The notes beneath the pieces are model-generated. The model saw only the letters and a list, made by a program, of their open reading frames with translations, was not told where the DNA came from and made no database searches. Position numbers and translations under genes: made by a program. DNA of 64,000 bases, from sequence record MW825358.1, one strand, 5' to 3'. Positions 8,167 through 17,998 of this stretch are shown in pieces. Every line of letters starts with the position of its first letter. Positions within the stretch are counted from its first letter, which is position 1.

Positions 8167-9753
8167 ATGAAAATGACCTCCATCTCCCCGCCGGGGCAAG
8201 GTCTGACGACCATTACGCTCGAACACCAGGGCATGACCCTGAACTGGGACGTTAGCAGTACCTACGCTCGGACCCAGTCCAAACTGGAAGAAGACATCGA
8301 CGTAATGACGGTGTTTGAAGAGATCAACGCGTACTGGGCCACAATGAGTCCGGAGCGCCAGACGGCCATCTTCGAAACCTACAAGGACATCCACTCCACC
8401 TTTATCGGTGATTATGACGTGGAACTGGCCGTACCCAAACTGCGCCAGAAAGTATCCACCCTCTACAACTACCATCCGCTGTCTGAACTCCAGCATTGGT
8501 TGCAGTTCCACGGTAACGTGGGATTTCCGGCCTCGGTCAAAGAACGCAACGATGATCCGAACATGCGTCAGCCCGATCGCACGTACTTGCGCAGCGATTA
8601 TTTCGGACTGGTGAGCCTGGCGGTGGCCTTCCGTCCCATGATTCCGATCTGGGGCATGTATATCTCCCGTCGTCGTCGTGAGCTGGGCAACAACTACAAG
8701 GAACGTGAGGCGTTCCGGTTGATGTACAACACCATGATCGCCCAGTGCCCGGAGATCGAACGGTTGCATGCGTTCATTGCCTCCTACACCGCCCCGATCG
8801 CAGCCAGTGACAAGTCCCTGACCGCGGTGATGTCAGGAAGCTCTACCACCGAGCTGGCGGCCACTTTGATGGCCATGGCGTGTGTGCGGCGTCTGGCAGT
8901 GCTCTCAGTGTCGGGCAATCCTGAGGTCAACAACCTCATCGCCAAGCTCCACTTCTTCGTCAACAACAAGATCAACTCCCTGGACCGGGACATGGGTCGC
9001 CCCTTCGGTGGCCGGATCTCGGAGAAAAAGCAGACCTCAGGCAGTGGCGAGGAAAGCAACATTTCCGTGGCTGAAATGTACAAGATGAAACCGGATATCT
9101 CAGACGGTGACATCATGTCCATCACGGTCTATGCCGAAGACCCCTACCGCATGGCTGCCGCCCGGGCTCCGGACCTGCCCCTAGAGTTACTGGATCAGTG
9201 CCTGGAGAACTGCCGCAAGATTCAACCTGAAGATATCGGGGAAAACCAAATCTGGTTGGCCCGCTGGATCTGTGATCCGGTGATCCCAGCCGAAGCCATG
9301 GAGCTGCTGACCTTCGAGCCGCTCCTGAACTGTCTGGCCTTGACCCAAGCGGTGCTTTGGCACTGGGGGTTCTATGACCTGGCAGTGATCGTGACTGCCA
9401 CCCCGCTTGCTGCGGAGGAGGATGTCGTGATTGGCGCCACCGAAGGTCGTTCGCGTATCTTGAAGGAAGACCTGCTCCGCCTACAGCAGGCTTACCCTTA
9501 CGAGCTTCCCGTCAAGAAGAACACCTCGGCCCGACAGTCCAACGTCGCTGCCCGTGGCGTGGATCGTCTGGCAGAGCTGCTCACGCGCAACGATTGGATC
9601 GTCAATGCACCACAAGTGCTGGTGAGCAAGTCCACCTCCCCGCCGGGATCGGGCTTTCTGACTGCACCTGCGGACTTGAAGATCCAGCTCTGTAAGCTGC
9701 TCTTCCATCCTAATTTCAAAATCAAGAAAACAGCCACAGTGAGTAATCCGTAA
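8167..9753 (+). CDS. nvRNAP promoter-specificity (sigma-like) subunit, phiKZ gp68-like
   Basis: 528 aa; size and synteny between chmC and picA. Confidence 0.75.
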   Translation: MKMTSISPPGQGLTTITLEHQGMTLNWDVSSTYARTQSKLEEDIDVMTVFEEINAYWATMSPERQTAIFETYKDIHSTFIGDYDVELAVPKLRQKVSTLYNYHPLSELQHWLQFHGNVGFPASVKERNDDPNMRQPDRTYLRSDYFGLVSLAVAFRPMIPIWGMYISRRRRELGNNYKEREAFRLMYNTMIAQCPEIERLHAFIASYTAPIAASDKSLTAVMSGSSTTELAATLMAMACVRRLAVLSVSGNPEVNNLIAKLHFFVNNKINSLDRDMGRPFGGRISEKKQTSGSGEESNISVAEMYKMKPDISDGDIMSITVYAEDPYRMAAARAPDLPLELLDQCLENCRKIQPEDIGENQIWLARWICDPVIPAEAMELLTFEPLLNCLALTQAVLWHWGFYDLAVIVTATPLAAEEDVVIGATEGRSRILKEDLLRLQQAYPYELPVKKNTSARQSNVAARGVDRLAELLTRNDWIVNAPQVLVSKSTSPPGSGFLTAPADLKIQLCKLLFHPNFKIKKTATVSNP

Positions 9754-11255
9754 TGAAAATCACCAAAATGCTCATGCTGGAAGTGGGTACGTACGATGAC
9801 ATGTATCAGCGTCCGTACACCAGCCATGTCGATGGCGTGCACATGACCCAGCTGCAAGAAGCCACCCACTACGGCCAGAACCTGACGGCCAGCGCGCTCA
9901 GTGCAGTGGGCTCGGACATCATCCGTCCCTCCAGCACCGTCTCGGCCATGGCAGGGATCGTCAACGGCTATGATCAGCGTCGCCTGTGCTTCATGATGGA
10001 AGTTGAGTTCCCCGGCACCACCGGTGGGATGTGCTTCGTGGAGTACCTGACCGGGTACACCGATGAGTTGGGCGTGTCCACGCTGCGTGGCAACAACCAC
10101 ATGAGCATCAATCCCAACATGCGCCTGTTCTTCAACAACGTGATCCAGGCACGGCGTGTGGCGGGAGCCAACCAGTTCGGTCGCCAGTACGACACCTCGG
10201 TCAACGGCGGCTTCCAGCTGATCACCTCCGACTACCAGCCGCGCCTGACCAGCCTGCACAAGACCCCGCATCTGATGCGGCCGCAGGATGTGTTCACCAG
10301 CATGTCCATGGAACGTACTCGCTCGATCATGGGCGATCACCAGGTTTACGACACCCGGGCCACCCATGGTCCGGCGCGTGTGGCCGTGTCGGCGCGTAAG
10401 AACTCCCTGCCGGGTTCTTTCCTGTCCAGCATGCTCACCACCTGGCGTTCAGAGTCGGACAAGGCCGATCATTCCGATGATTCGACCCTGTACTCGTCCA
10501 TGGCCGCCACCGTGGCAGAGCCGACCATCTCGCGGATGCGGACCCTGAGCCAGTTGGAAGTGGCCAGTGAACTGCGTATCGGTGGTTCGGTGTCTTGGCG
10601 GGAGCTGTGCGATGCCGACGATACCGGAACGCTGGAAGATCGCGTTCAGGTGACACTGGCCTTGTCTGACCGTTCTCGGGGCGCCCTGTCCCAGCGTGGT
10701 GAGATGTGCGGTTGGAATGGCAATGGCAACTCGGCCGTGGTAGCCACCAGCTTCGTGCAGGCCGTTCCGGGCTTCATGATGCAGCTCATGCTCACGATGC
10801 TGGACTTCTCAGTGACCAATCGCACGTTGGATGGGTCCTGGCAGGTGCTGATCAATGGCGTGCAGTCCTTCAACGATGGGGATAACTCCGGACAAATCGA
10901 CAACTTCATCTTCCGCCTGACCACCGAACTCATGCCCGGCCTGAGCCGCGGCAATGAAATGGTGATGACCATCCATGCGCAGTTTGACGTCATGAGCCAG
11001 ACCTACCTGCAGGTGGACCTGGATGATGGCGAGGGCTTGGTGCCGTATATGGCTCCCAGCTTCTGCGATGGTCTGTTCGCCTCCACCCGCGCTCCTGACT
11101 CAGACACCCTGGACAACTTCGCCCACAACCTGTCCCAGGTGATGTACGGGCTGGAGCAGGACTTCTCGGCAGGCGGTATGGGCTACGGTCCGGACGATGC
11201 CCAATTCAACAACAATCAAGGTACTGGCGGCTATGGCAATTCTGGACTTCTATAA
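9753..11255 (+). CDS. picA: PicA/Imp1 phage-nucleus protein import factor (phiKZ gp69-like)
   Basis: 500 aa, TAATG-coupled to the gp68-like gene; conserved position in Chimalliviridae. Confidence 0.7.
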   Translation: MKITKMLMLEVGTYDDMYQRPYTSHVDGVHMTQLQEATHYGQNLTASALSAVGSDIIRPSSTVSAMAGIVNGYDQRRLCFMMEVEFPGTTGGMCFVEYLTGYTDELGVSTLRGNNHMSINPNMRLFFNNVIQARRVAGANQFGRQYDTSVNGGFQLITSDYQPRLTSLHKTPHLMRPQDVFTSMSMERTRSIMGDHQVYDTRATHGPARVAVSARKNSLPGSFLSSMLTTWRSESDKADHSDDSTLYSSMAATVAEPTISRMRTLSQLEVASELRIGGSVSWRELCDADDTGTLEDRVQVTLALSDRSRGALSQRGEMCGWNGNGNSAVVATSFVQAVPGFMMQLMLTMLDFSVTNRTLDGSWQVLINGVQSFNDGDNSGQIDNFIFRLTTELMPGLSRGNEMVMTIHAQFDVMSQTYLQVDLDDGEGLVPYMAPSFCDGLFASTRAPDSDTLDNFAHNLSQVMYGLEQDFSAGGMGYGPDDAQFNNNQGTGGYGNSGLL

Positions 11256-12438
11256 GCAGCTGATCGAGAGCGTCGGCGGTGTCATCGGGGAAGAGGGTCT
11301 GATCTCTCTGCGTCGCCCCGAAGATGAACCGCAGCCGTTCATGGTCACCGGTAAGCGGCTGGCCCTGCCGCTGCCGGCTCTGCTCAACCAGGGCGCTTTC
11401 AACGCCGACGGGCAGGTCATCGCCTTCCATCCGATCTGCGAGAACGTGGTGCTCAAGACCAGCCCGGTGCTGGAGAAGTTCGAGCTGGCCATGACCTTCC
11501 GTCTGACCTACGTGCTGCGTGAGTTGATCATGCAGTTGACGGCGGTGGCCGCAGATCCCAAGCAGCACAAGAAGCTGAAGATGCGTGCCCAGGGCCTGCT
11601 CTCGGCCATGCCAGATGCAGATGAGAAAACCCGTGAGGCGTTCTTCAAGATTCTGAAGAACACCACCTCAGTGGGCGATCATCCGCTGATCAGCTTGTAC
11701 GTGCGGCAAGGCGGCGGGCTCTACAACGGAGAGAAGGTCAATCGACTGGCGCGTTTCTATCCGGCTGTGGTGCGTGAGCTGGAGCGTGGGGATCGCACGA
11801 TCTACGGGGTGAAGCTGCGGCAGGCCGACGAGGCTGCCTTCCAGGCCCTGATCGAGTACATCCTGCCCGAGTACCGGGATGATGATCACTACAGCTCCCC
11901 GTCCAACTCGCTGGTGGCTCCGTCCTTCCATGCGCTGATCAAGACCTACTACAAGGTTGCCAATCAGCTCAACAAGATCACGGAGATGTACGCTGAGCAG
12001 TTGACCAACGCCGATGAACTGCGCATCCCGACCGACTGGATCGAAGATGCCCAGGACCTGGGTCAGTTCCGTGAGAAGATCCCGGTGCTGCCAGGTAATG
12101 ACGGTGCAGACGGTGCCAAGCAGGTGCGGGTCCAACCGCAGGCGGCCATGGGTGCCACGGCCACACCGGCCACTACCCCAGCCGCCCCTGTCCGTCAGTC
12201 GGGCAAGGGCCTGTCCATCGATGAGGCCCTGAAGCTGGCACAGCCCAAGCCGCCTGCTTTCGGAGGACAGCAGCAGAGCTTTGGTCGGGGCAATCGCTTC
12301 GGCCAGCAAGCGCCGCAGGATGACCTGCCGCCGTGGGCACAGAGCAGCGTCCAGAACACCTTCGCCAGTCGTGGCGGCGGTTGGGGACGTGGCGGTGGCG
12401 GCGGTGGTTGGGGCGGTCGTGGTGGTGGGGTGCTGTAA
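11233..12438 (+). CDS. phiKZ gp70-like conserved protein with an FG/WG/RGG low-complexity tail
   Basis: Likely start at ATG 11233 overlapping the picA end; tail AFGGQQQSFGRGNRFGQQ...GGGWGRGGGGGGWGGRGG. Confidence 0.65.
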   Translation: MAILDFYKQLIESVGGVIGEEGLISLRRPEDEPQPFMVTGKRLALPLPALLNQGAFNADGQVIAFHPICENVVLKTSPVLEKFELAMTFRLTYVLRELIMQLTAVAADPKQHKKLKMRAQGLLSAMPDADEKTREAFFKILKNTTSVGDHPLISLYVRQGGGLYNGEKVNRLARFYPAVVRELERGDRTIYGVKLRQADEAAFQALIEYILPEYRDDDHYSSPSNSLVAPSFHALIKTYYKVANQLNKITEMYAEQLTNADELRIPTDWIEDAQDLGQFREKIPVLPGNDGADGAKQVRVQPQAAMGATATPATTPAAPVRQSGKGLSIDEALKLAQPKPPAFGGQQQSFGRGNRFGQQAPQDDLPPWAQSSVQNTFASRGGGWGRGGGGGGWGGRGGGVL

Positions 12439-12440
12439 GC

Positions 12441-12481
12441 GGCATACAGCCAGGGGCCCTTTACGGGGCCCCTGGCATGCT
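12441..12481. terminator. Bidirectional hairpin between convergent genes
   Basis: GCCAGGGGCCC-TTTAC-GGGGCCCCTGGC. Confidence 0.75.
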
Positions 12482-12828
12482 CAGGTAATTTTCTTCGTGA
12501 CAGTGCCGGCGATGGCTGCTAACTGCTGGAGTGTGGAGGCCAGCGGGACCATTAAAGCAACAGAAGAACCGTCGTAATCGCTGGAGCTGTACAGTCCGTT
12601 GATACGCATGGTCACCCAATGCATCCACGGTGGAATGTTCAACTCTGACATCGCACCGTTGAGATCACCTTCGTACTTATAGCCGATATGGGGTTGGATG
12701 ACCAACGTTTCCGAACCGGCCACTGACCGAAGCCAAACCAGATGGGTTTCCACCAACAACCGCCATGTGTTGGTGTAATAGAAATCCGCACCTGGGTCTC
12801 GCATCTTTGACTTGATCGTCAAGGCCAT
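12481..12828 (-). CDS. Conserved small protein, possibly LysM/gp53-like baseplate component
   Basis: 115 aa with YEGDL...WVTMRINGL pattern; function tentative. Confidence 0.5.
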   Translation of the reverse strand: MALTIKSKMRDPGADFYYTNTWRLLVETHLVWLRSVAGSETLVIQPHIGYKYEGDLNGAMSELNIPPWMHWVTMRINGLYSSSDYDGSSVALMVPLASTLQQLAAIAGTVTKKIT

Positions 12829-12866
12829 GACAAAACCCCTCTAAATGTTTTCATGCACATACTATC

Positions 12867-13472
12867 GTGGTGAGCACAGCTGAAGCGATTAAGATGAGTA
12901 AGACCAATTCACCCAACTATCCCCGTTGGTACGCCATGGTTAGGCGATGTACAGATCCTAACTGCAAGGAATATCAGTATTACGGTGCCCGCGGTATTCG
13001 TATCTGTGACAGATGGATGGTGCTAGAAAACTTTGACGCTGATATAGGTACGCCACCTTCGCCCGACCACACGCTCGAGCGCATTGACGTGAACGGACAT
13101 TACGAGCCAAACAATTGCTGCTGGGCTACCCCTAAAGAGCAGGCTCGCAATCGTAGAAGTAATGTTCTTCATGAACACCAAGGTCAAAAACGTTTTCTAG
13201 ATGACTTGGCTGAAGAGTACGGACTTCCTAAAAGAACCGTTATCGACCGGATGCGAAGAAAAGGAATGCCACTTTCAGAAGCACTAACTCAACCGAAAGC
13301 AGTGGAAGTGGCTTATTTGGAAGTAGGTGGTCAAAAAATCAGGCGAACCCAAGCCTTACGGTCCGCCGGTATTTCCTTGCCAACGTTCTTAAAACGACTT
13401 GACCAAGGAATGACCACTGAGGAAGCATTAACGACTCCAGTTGTAATGGGTCGTCCAAGGAAAACTAAATAG
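12867..13472 (+). mobile_element. Free-standing HNH homing endonuclease with C-terminal HTH-like repeats
   Basis: YGARGIRICDRW, TLERIDVNGHYEPNNCCWATPKEQARNRR; AT-richer codons than neighbouring genes. Confidence 0.88.
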
Positions 13473-13548
13473 TAAGCCCCGCGCCTACTAAGCTCTGACA
13501 AGCCGCCTTTGTTAGCATAGTACAAAATCGAACAGGAACTACTTCACC

Positions 13549-15957
13549 ATGAGTGAATTCAAAATCAACGAACATCGCGCAGAGTTGGCCTCCTCGGCAG
13601 GGTTTAACCCCACCGTGGCCCACGACTCCTCCGCTCGTGTTCAGATGATGGGGTCGCATCTGAGCCAGGCGCTGCCGGTGATTGGATGTGAAACCCGCCG
13701 TATCCTCACGGGTATGGAACGTGAGTTCGGGCGCGCCACCTTTAAGATCGAAATGCCTGTGGATGCGGAGATCATCAAGGTCATCCCCAAATACCCGGCA
13801 ACGATCGGCCAGGGCGGGATCAAGAAGAATCCCACCACGGCTGTGATTTACATGAACGTGGACACCAAGGTGTTTGACATCTTGGAGTTCGATAGCTACC
13901 ACTGCATGCATCAGCACTTTGGCTTCAACTACGTGTTCACCAAGGACATGAAGCGGCTGGTGCCCAAGGCCCATATCCCGGCCGGGACCGTGTTGGGCCA
14001 TTCCCCGACCTTGGATGAGCAGGGTAACTACCGCATCGGTCTGAATGCCAAGGTGGCCATGATGTCTGTCCCTGGAATCATCGAGGACGGTATCGTGGCG
14101 TCTGAGTCGTTCTGCAAGCGCAATACGACCAAGTGCATTGAAACCCGCGACTGCAGCTGGGGAAAGAACTTCTTCCCGTTGAACCTGTACGGAGATGAAA
14201 ACCACTACAAGCCGTTCCCGGACATCGGCGATCGTATCCGTGAGGATGGTCTGATCTTTGCCATCCGCAAGGTGCCCAGCGAAGATGACATCATGATGGC
14301 ACCGCTGACCATGGGTCGGGATGATCTGAATGAGGTGCGTTACTTCTTCGATCGCTGCGAATATGGCCATCCTGGCGCCCTGGTGACGGACATCACCGTA
14401 CGTCATGTGGATCGTCCTAACCCGCCAACTCCGGCAGGGATGGAGGAGCAGACGGCCAAGTACTACGAAGCGGCCTGCCTGTATCATCAGCAGATCCTGG
14501 ATGAGTACCAGCGCCTGGCCAACTTCCATCGTGAGCGCCTGGTGATCTCTCCGAAGTTCCAGGCCATGGTGATCGAAGCTCGGATGTACCTGCCCTGCCC
14601 GCTGCGGGGCAAGTCCACCCAGATGTATCAGCTCCAGCCGCTGGATGACTGGCGTGTGGATCTGACCTACGAGTACGACTTTGTTCCCAACATCGGCTCT
14701 AAGCTGACCGGTCTGCATGGGGATAAGGGCGTGATCTGTCAGGTCTGGCCGGATAAGGACATGCCGGTGGATGCCTGGGGTAATCGAGCCGAACTGATCG
14801 TAGCGGCACTGTCGACGATGGATCGCATGAACATCGGCCGACCCATCGAGCATGAAGTCAATGGCAATATGGAGATGGTGAGTGAGGAGATCCGAGCGGG
14901 CCTGAAGGCTCCTTCGGCCATTCCGATCGATCCGCAGATCCAATACGCCATGGACCAGGTGCGCGCGGCGATGGCAGAACGGGGTCAAACCCCTGCGGCC
15001 GATATGGTGGGTGAGCAGATCCGCAACTACGTAGCCGGAGATGTCAACCGCGCCTACAACGTGCTGTTGGACTTCTACGGGGAAGTATCCCCGAAGATGC
15101 GTGAGCTGTTTGATGAGGCCACCTATAAGGGCAACGCGCAATACCACGTGGATGATGTCGTGCGCAACGGCATGTTCCTGTGGGTTCCGATGGATACGCC
15201 TAAGCCGTGGATTCACCTGCAAGAAAATGAGGAGGGTAAGGTCGATTCGATTGGTGGCGCTGCCATTGATCTAATGCGCAAGTACCCAGCGCGCCGTGGA
15301 CCGGTGTGGTATCGTGGACGTTCTGGTACCGAATCGGTGACCGTGGATGACATCATGATCGCCAATACCTACATGGTGTTGCTGGAGAAAACCGGCAGCG
15401 ATTGGTCTGGTGTGGCCTCGGCGCGCCATCAGCACCATGGTCTGCCCACCAAGCTCTCCAAGTCCGATCGGTTCTCCCTGCCCTCGCGTGCCAACCCGGT
15501 GCGTATCATGGGCGAGGCGGAGGTGCGTCTGTCTGAATCGGCCGTCTATCCCCTGCCTGATAGTGGCGAGGATGCGGTGGCTGAGATCTTGGAGATGTCC
15601 AACTCCCCAGCAGCGCACAAGAACGTGGTGGAGAACATCCTGCGGGCCCGTTATCCCTCCAACATCGACTGTGTGTTGGATCGGGAGAAGATTCCGCATG
15701 GTTCAAGCCGCTCGCAAGTCTACGTCTCTCACTCCCTGCAATGTGCGGGGCTGGAGTTCTTCTACGTAGACCACACTGATGAGGAGGATCTGTACCCGAT
15801 GGATCCCATCGGCGGCCTGAAGGACATGGGCCTGGCAGATGGGGAAGGTCCGGATGAGGACGATGATGATAGCGATGAAGATGATGGCCCGGATGAAATC
15901 GTGACCGCCGGTGACGATGATGAAGGTTCTGAGGCAGAAGAGAAAAGTGAGGACTGA
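13549..15957 (+). CDS. nvRNAP beta C-terminal subunit (phiKZ gp71-73-like), uninterrupted
   Basis: SSARVQMMGSHLSQA, IEDGIVAS, IGSKLTGLHGDKGV and DRMNIG beta motifs; acidic tail. Confidence 0.92.
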   Translation: MSEFKINEHRAELASSAGFNPTVAHDSSARVQMMGSHLSQALPVIGCETRRILTGMEREFGRATFKIEMPVDAEIIKVIPKYPATIGQGGIKKNPTTAVIYMNVDTKVFDILEFDSYHCMHQHFGFNYVFTKDMKRLVPKAHIPAGTVLGHSPTLDEQGNYRIGLNAKVAMMSVPGIIEDGIVASESFCKRNTTKCIETRDCSWGKNFFPLNLYGDENHYKPFPDIGDRIREDGLIFAIRKVPSEDDIMMAPLTMGRDDLNEVRYFFDRCEYGHPGALVTDITVRHVDRPNPPTPAGMEEQTAKYYEAACLYHQQILDEYQRLANFHRERLVISPKFQAMVIEARMYLPCPLRGKSTQMYQLQPLDDWRVDLTYEYDFVPNIGSKLTGLHGDKGVICQVWPDKDMPVDAWGNRAELIVAALSTMDRMNIGRPIEHEVNGNMEMVSEEIRAGLKAPSAIPIDPQIQYAMDQVRAAMAERGQTPAADMVGEQIRNYVAGDVNRAYNVLLDFYGEVSPKMRELFDEATYKGNAQYHVDDVVRNGMFLWVPMDTPKPWIHLQENEEGKVDSIGGAAIDLMRKYPARRGPVWYRGRSGTESVTVDDIMIANTYMVLLEKTGSDWSGVASARHQHHGLPTKLSKSDRFSLPSRANPVRIMGEAEVRLSESAVYPLPDSGEDAVAEILEMSNSPAAHKNVVENILRARYPSNIDCVLDREKIPHGSSRSQVYVSHSLQCAGLEFFYVDHTDEEDLYPMDPIGGLKDMGLADGEGPDEDDDDSDEDDGPDEIVTAGDDDEGSEAEEKSED

Positions 15958-15963
15958 TCTAGC

Positions 15964-17901
15964 ATGAGAATCCATGCACGTGATTTGGCTGCGATGCCAA
16001 AGGAGAGGCTGTGGAAGGGCCTCCCAGCTTCTTTGACCATTGTCTTTGACGATGGTGAGGTCAAAGCCGATCAGCGTCAGGCGGTCTTCTCGGCGTACTT
16101 GTGGGGGTTTTACAACCACTTCCCCAAAACACCGGCTCTGACGCGACACTTCATTGGCACACAACGGGTGGGGACGGATACCCACCTGAAGTACATCAAC
16201 ATGGTGCGCTGGGATGTCTTTGATGCCCACGGCCGTGATCTGGACAATGAGAAGCTGAGCAAGCTGGCGTTGGAGGAGACTAATATCTTCTACAACGTCA
16301 TGACCACCAAGCTTGAGCCGTTTGTGACCACCTTGGCCCTTCCCGATATCGTGGAGGTCCTAGAGCACCCCTCGGTGATCGAAGTCAACGGGGCGGTGAC
16401 AAACTCAGACAAGTCCATCCACCATGCTCACCACACCATCGAGGCGGTTCTCAAATCCAAGACGGACTTGCAGAACAACATCTTGGCCCGCTCGGTCAAA
16501 TCCGGTCTGGTCAAGATTGGTCAGGTGCTTCAGTGCGTAGGTCCACGTGGGTCGGTGACAGATATCGACTCGCAGATCTTCTTGTTCCCCGCTCGCTCGG
16601 GGTTTGCGCTGGGGCTGTATCGGTTCTATGAATCCTTCATCGAATCGCGCACGGCGGCCAAGTCGCTGACCTTTACCGAAAAGCCGCTGCAAGATACGGA
16701 GTACTTCAACCGTCGCTTGCAGTTGCTGGCCGGTACCATTCGCGATATCTACGATGGCGATTGTGGTACGCCAGACTACCTGCTGTGGCAAATGTCCGCC
16801 GGTGATCTGTCTGCGTTCTCAGGCAAGTACTATCTGCAAGAGGACGGGACGTTGGGGACGATCTATGACAATGAAGAATGCCGAAAGAATCTGGTGGGTA
16901 AAACCTTAAGGATTCGCTCGACCCTGCATTGTGATACGCCCGATCCGGCCTTGGTCTGCGCCAAGTGCTACGGGGAGCTGGAACGCTCGATCCCTTATGG
17001 CACCAATATCGGTCACGTCGGGGCCACGGCCCTGTGTAAGCAGGCCTCCCAGCAGGTGCTCTCGGTCAAGCACTTGGATACCTCAGCCAGCTCCACCGGA
17101 CTGCGGTTCTCCGACTATGAGCAGCGGTATGTGCGCATCGGCAATGACCCGAACCTGATCTTCCTGGCCCCGCGTCTGAAGGGCCATAACGTCAAGTTGT
17201 ATGTGCGCTCTGATGAAGTAGAGCGTCTGGCAGAAGTCAAGTCGGCTGAGAAGGTCGAGGTGCTGCTGTCAGGTCAGATCAGTCAGCTCAACCAAGTCTG
17301 CTTTAAGGTGACCTACAACGGCAAGGAAGAGCAAGATCTGGTGCAAGTGGCCAACGGCAGTCGTACCAGTTCCTTCTCCAAGGAAATGCTGGTATACCTG
17401 CGCACCCATGGCTGGAAGATGCTGGACAATGGGGACATCGAGGTGGACCTGGCGCAGTGGGATTATGATCTTCCGATCTTCTCCACCCCACGTCGTCAGG
17501 AAAACATGCTCGATTACATGGCCACGATCGAGAAGTTCCTCAAGGCCATCAAGCGCGGCGGTTCGGTCAAGTCCCTCAAGGACTATGATACGGTCGATGC
17601 GGCCTTGCGTGGGTTTTACGAGCTGGTCAGTTCGCGGCTGTTTGTGAACATTGTCCACCTGGAGTTGTTGGTGAAGGTCTGCCAGATCCGCTCGTCCAAG
17701 CATCGGGATTATCGACCCCCGCTGCGTGGGAACAAGATGGAGTACGGTAAGTTTGACTTCAACATCTTCCACCGCTCTCAGTCTGCGGCCATGGCTTTCC
17801 AGAACCACAAGCAACAGTGGAACAACCCGGCCACCTATCTGGTGACCAAACGTCCGTCCCATCCGCTGGATCAGATCATGCTTCCGCTGCCACGGAAGTA
17901 A
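15964..17901 (+). CDS. nvRNAP beta' C-terminal subunit (phiKZ gp74-like)
   Basis: ESRTAAKSL...YFNRRLQ bridge helix, DCG...RSTLHC...CAKCYG zinc site, QQVLSVKH trigger loop. Confidence 0.92.
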   Translation: MRIHARDLAAMPKERLWKGLPASLTIVFDDGEVKADQRQAVFSAYLWGFYNHFPKTPALTRHFIGTQRVGTDTHLKYINMVRWDVFDAHGRDLDNEKLSKLALEETNIFYNVMTTKLEPFVTTLALPDIVEVLEHPSVIEVNGAVTNSDKSIHHAHHTIEAVLKSKTDLQNNILARSVKSGLVKIGQVLQCVGPRGSVTDIDSQIFLFPARSGFALGLYRFYESFIESRTAAKSLTFTEKPLQDTEYFNRRLQLLAGTIRDIYDGDCGTPDYLLWQMSAGDLSAFSGKYYLQEDGTLGTIYDNEECRKNLVGKTLRIRSTLHCDTPDPALVCAKCYGELERSIPYGTNIGHVGATALCKQASQQVLSVKHLDTSASSTGLRFSDYEQRYVRIGNDPNLIFLAPRLKGHNVKLYVRSDEVERLAEVKSAEKVEVLLSGQISQLNQVCFKVTYNGKEEQDLVQVANGSRTSSFSKEMLVYLRTHGWKMLDNGDIEVDLAQWDYDLPIFSTPRRQENMLDYMATIEKFLKAIKRGGSVKSLKDYDTVDAALRGFYELVSSRLFVNIVHLELLVKVCQIRSSKHRDYRPPLRGNKMEYGKFDFNIFHRSQSAAMAFQNHKQQWNNPATYLVTKRPSHPLDQIMLPLPRK

Positions 17902-17933
17902 GAAATGCCCTAGTGGACCCATGATGTAGAGGC

Positions 17934-17983
17934 ACACAGGCGGTGGGTCTTCCCACCGCCTGTGTGTTAGTGTCTTTTTCTTT
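17934..17983 (+). terminator. Intrinsic terminator
   Basis: 14-bp stem ACACAGGCGGTGGG/CCCACCGCCTGTGT plus T tract. Confidence 0.8.
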
Positions 17984-17998
17984 GCGAGGCTAGGGCCC

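Noticed and set aside
12829-13548. Recoded duplicate gene end flanking the first HNH
   Set aside because: Only a weak resemblance (GGCGCGG...TACTAT at about 13470-13490 on the minus strand) to the 5' end of the 12828 gene; too poor to support.
13465-15222. 585-aa antisense ORF, and similar long ones at 44436-45785, 44815-46479 and 9498-10367
   Set aside because: Shadow frames of GC3-biased real genes; no motifs, RBS or independent signals.
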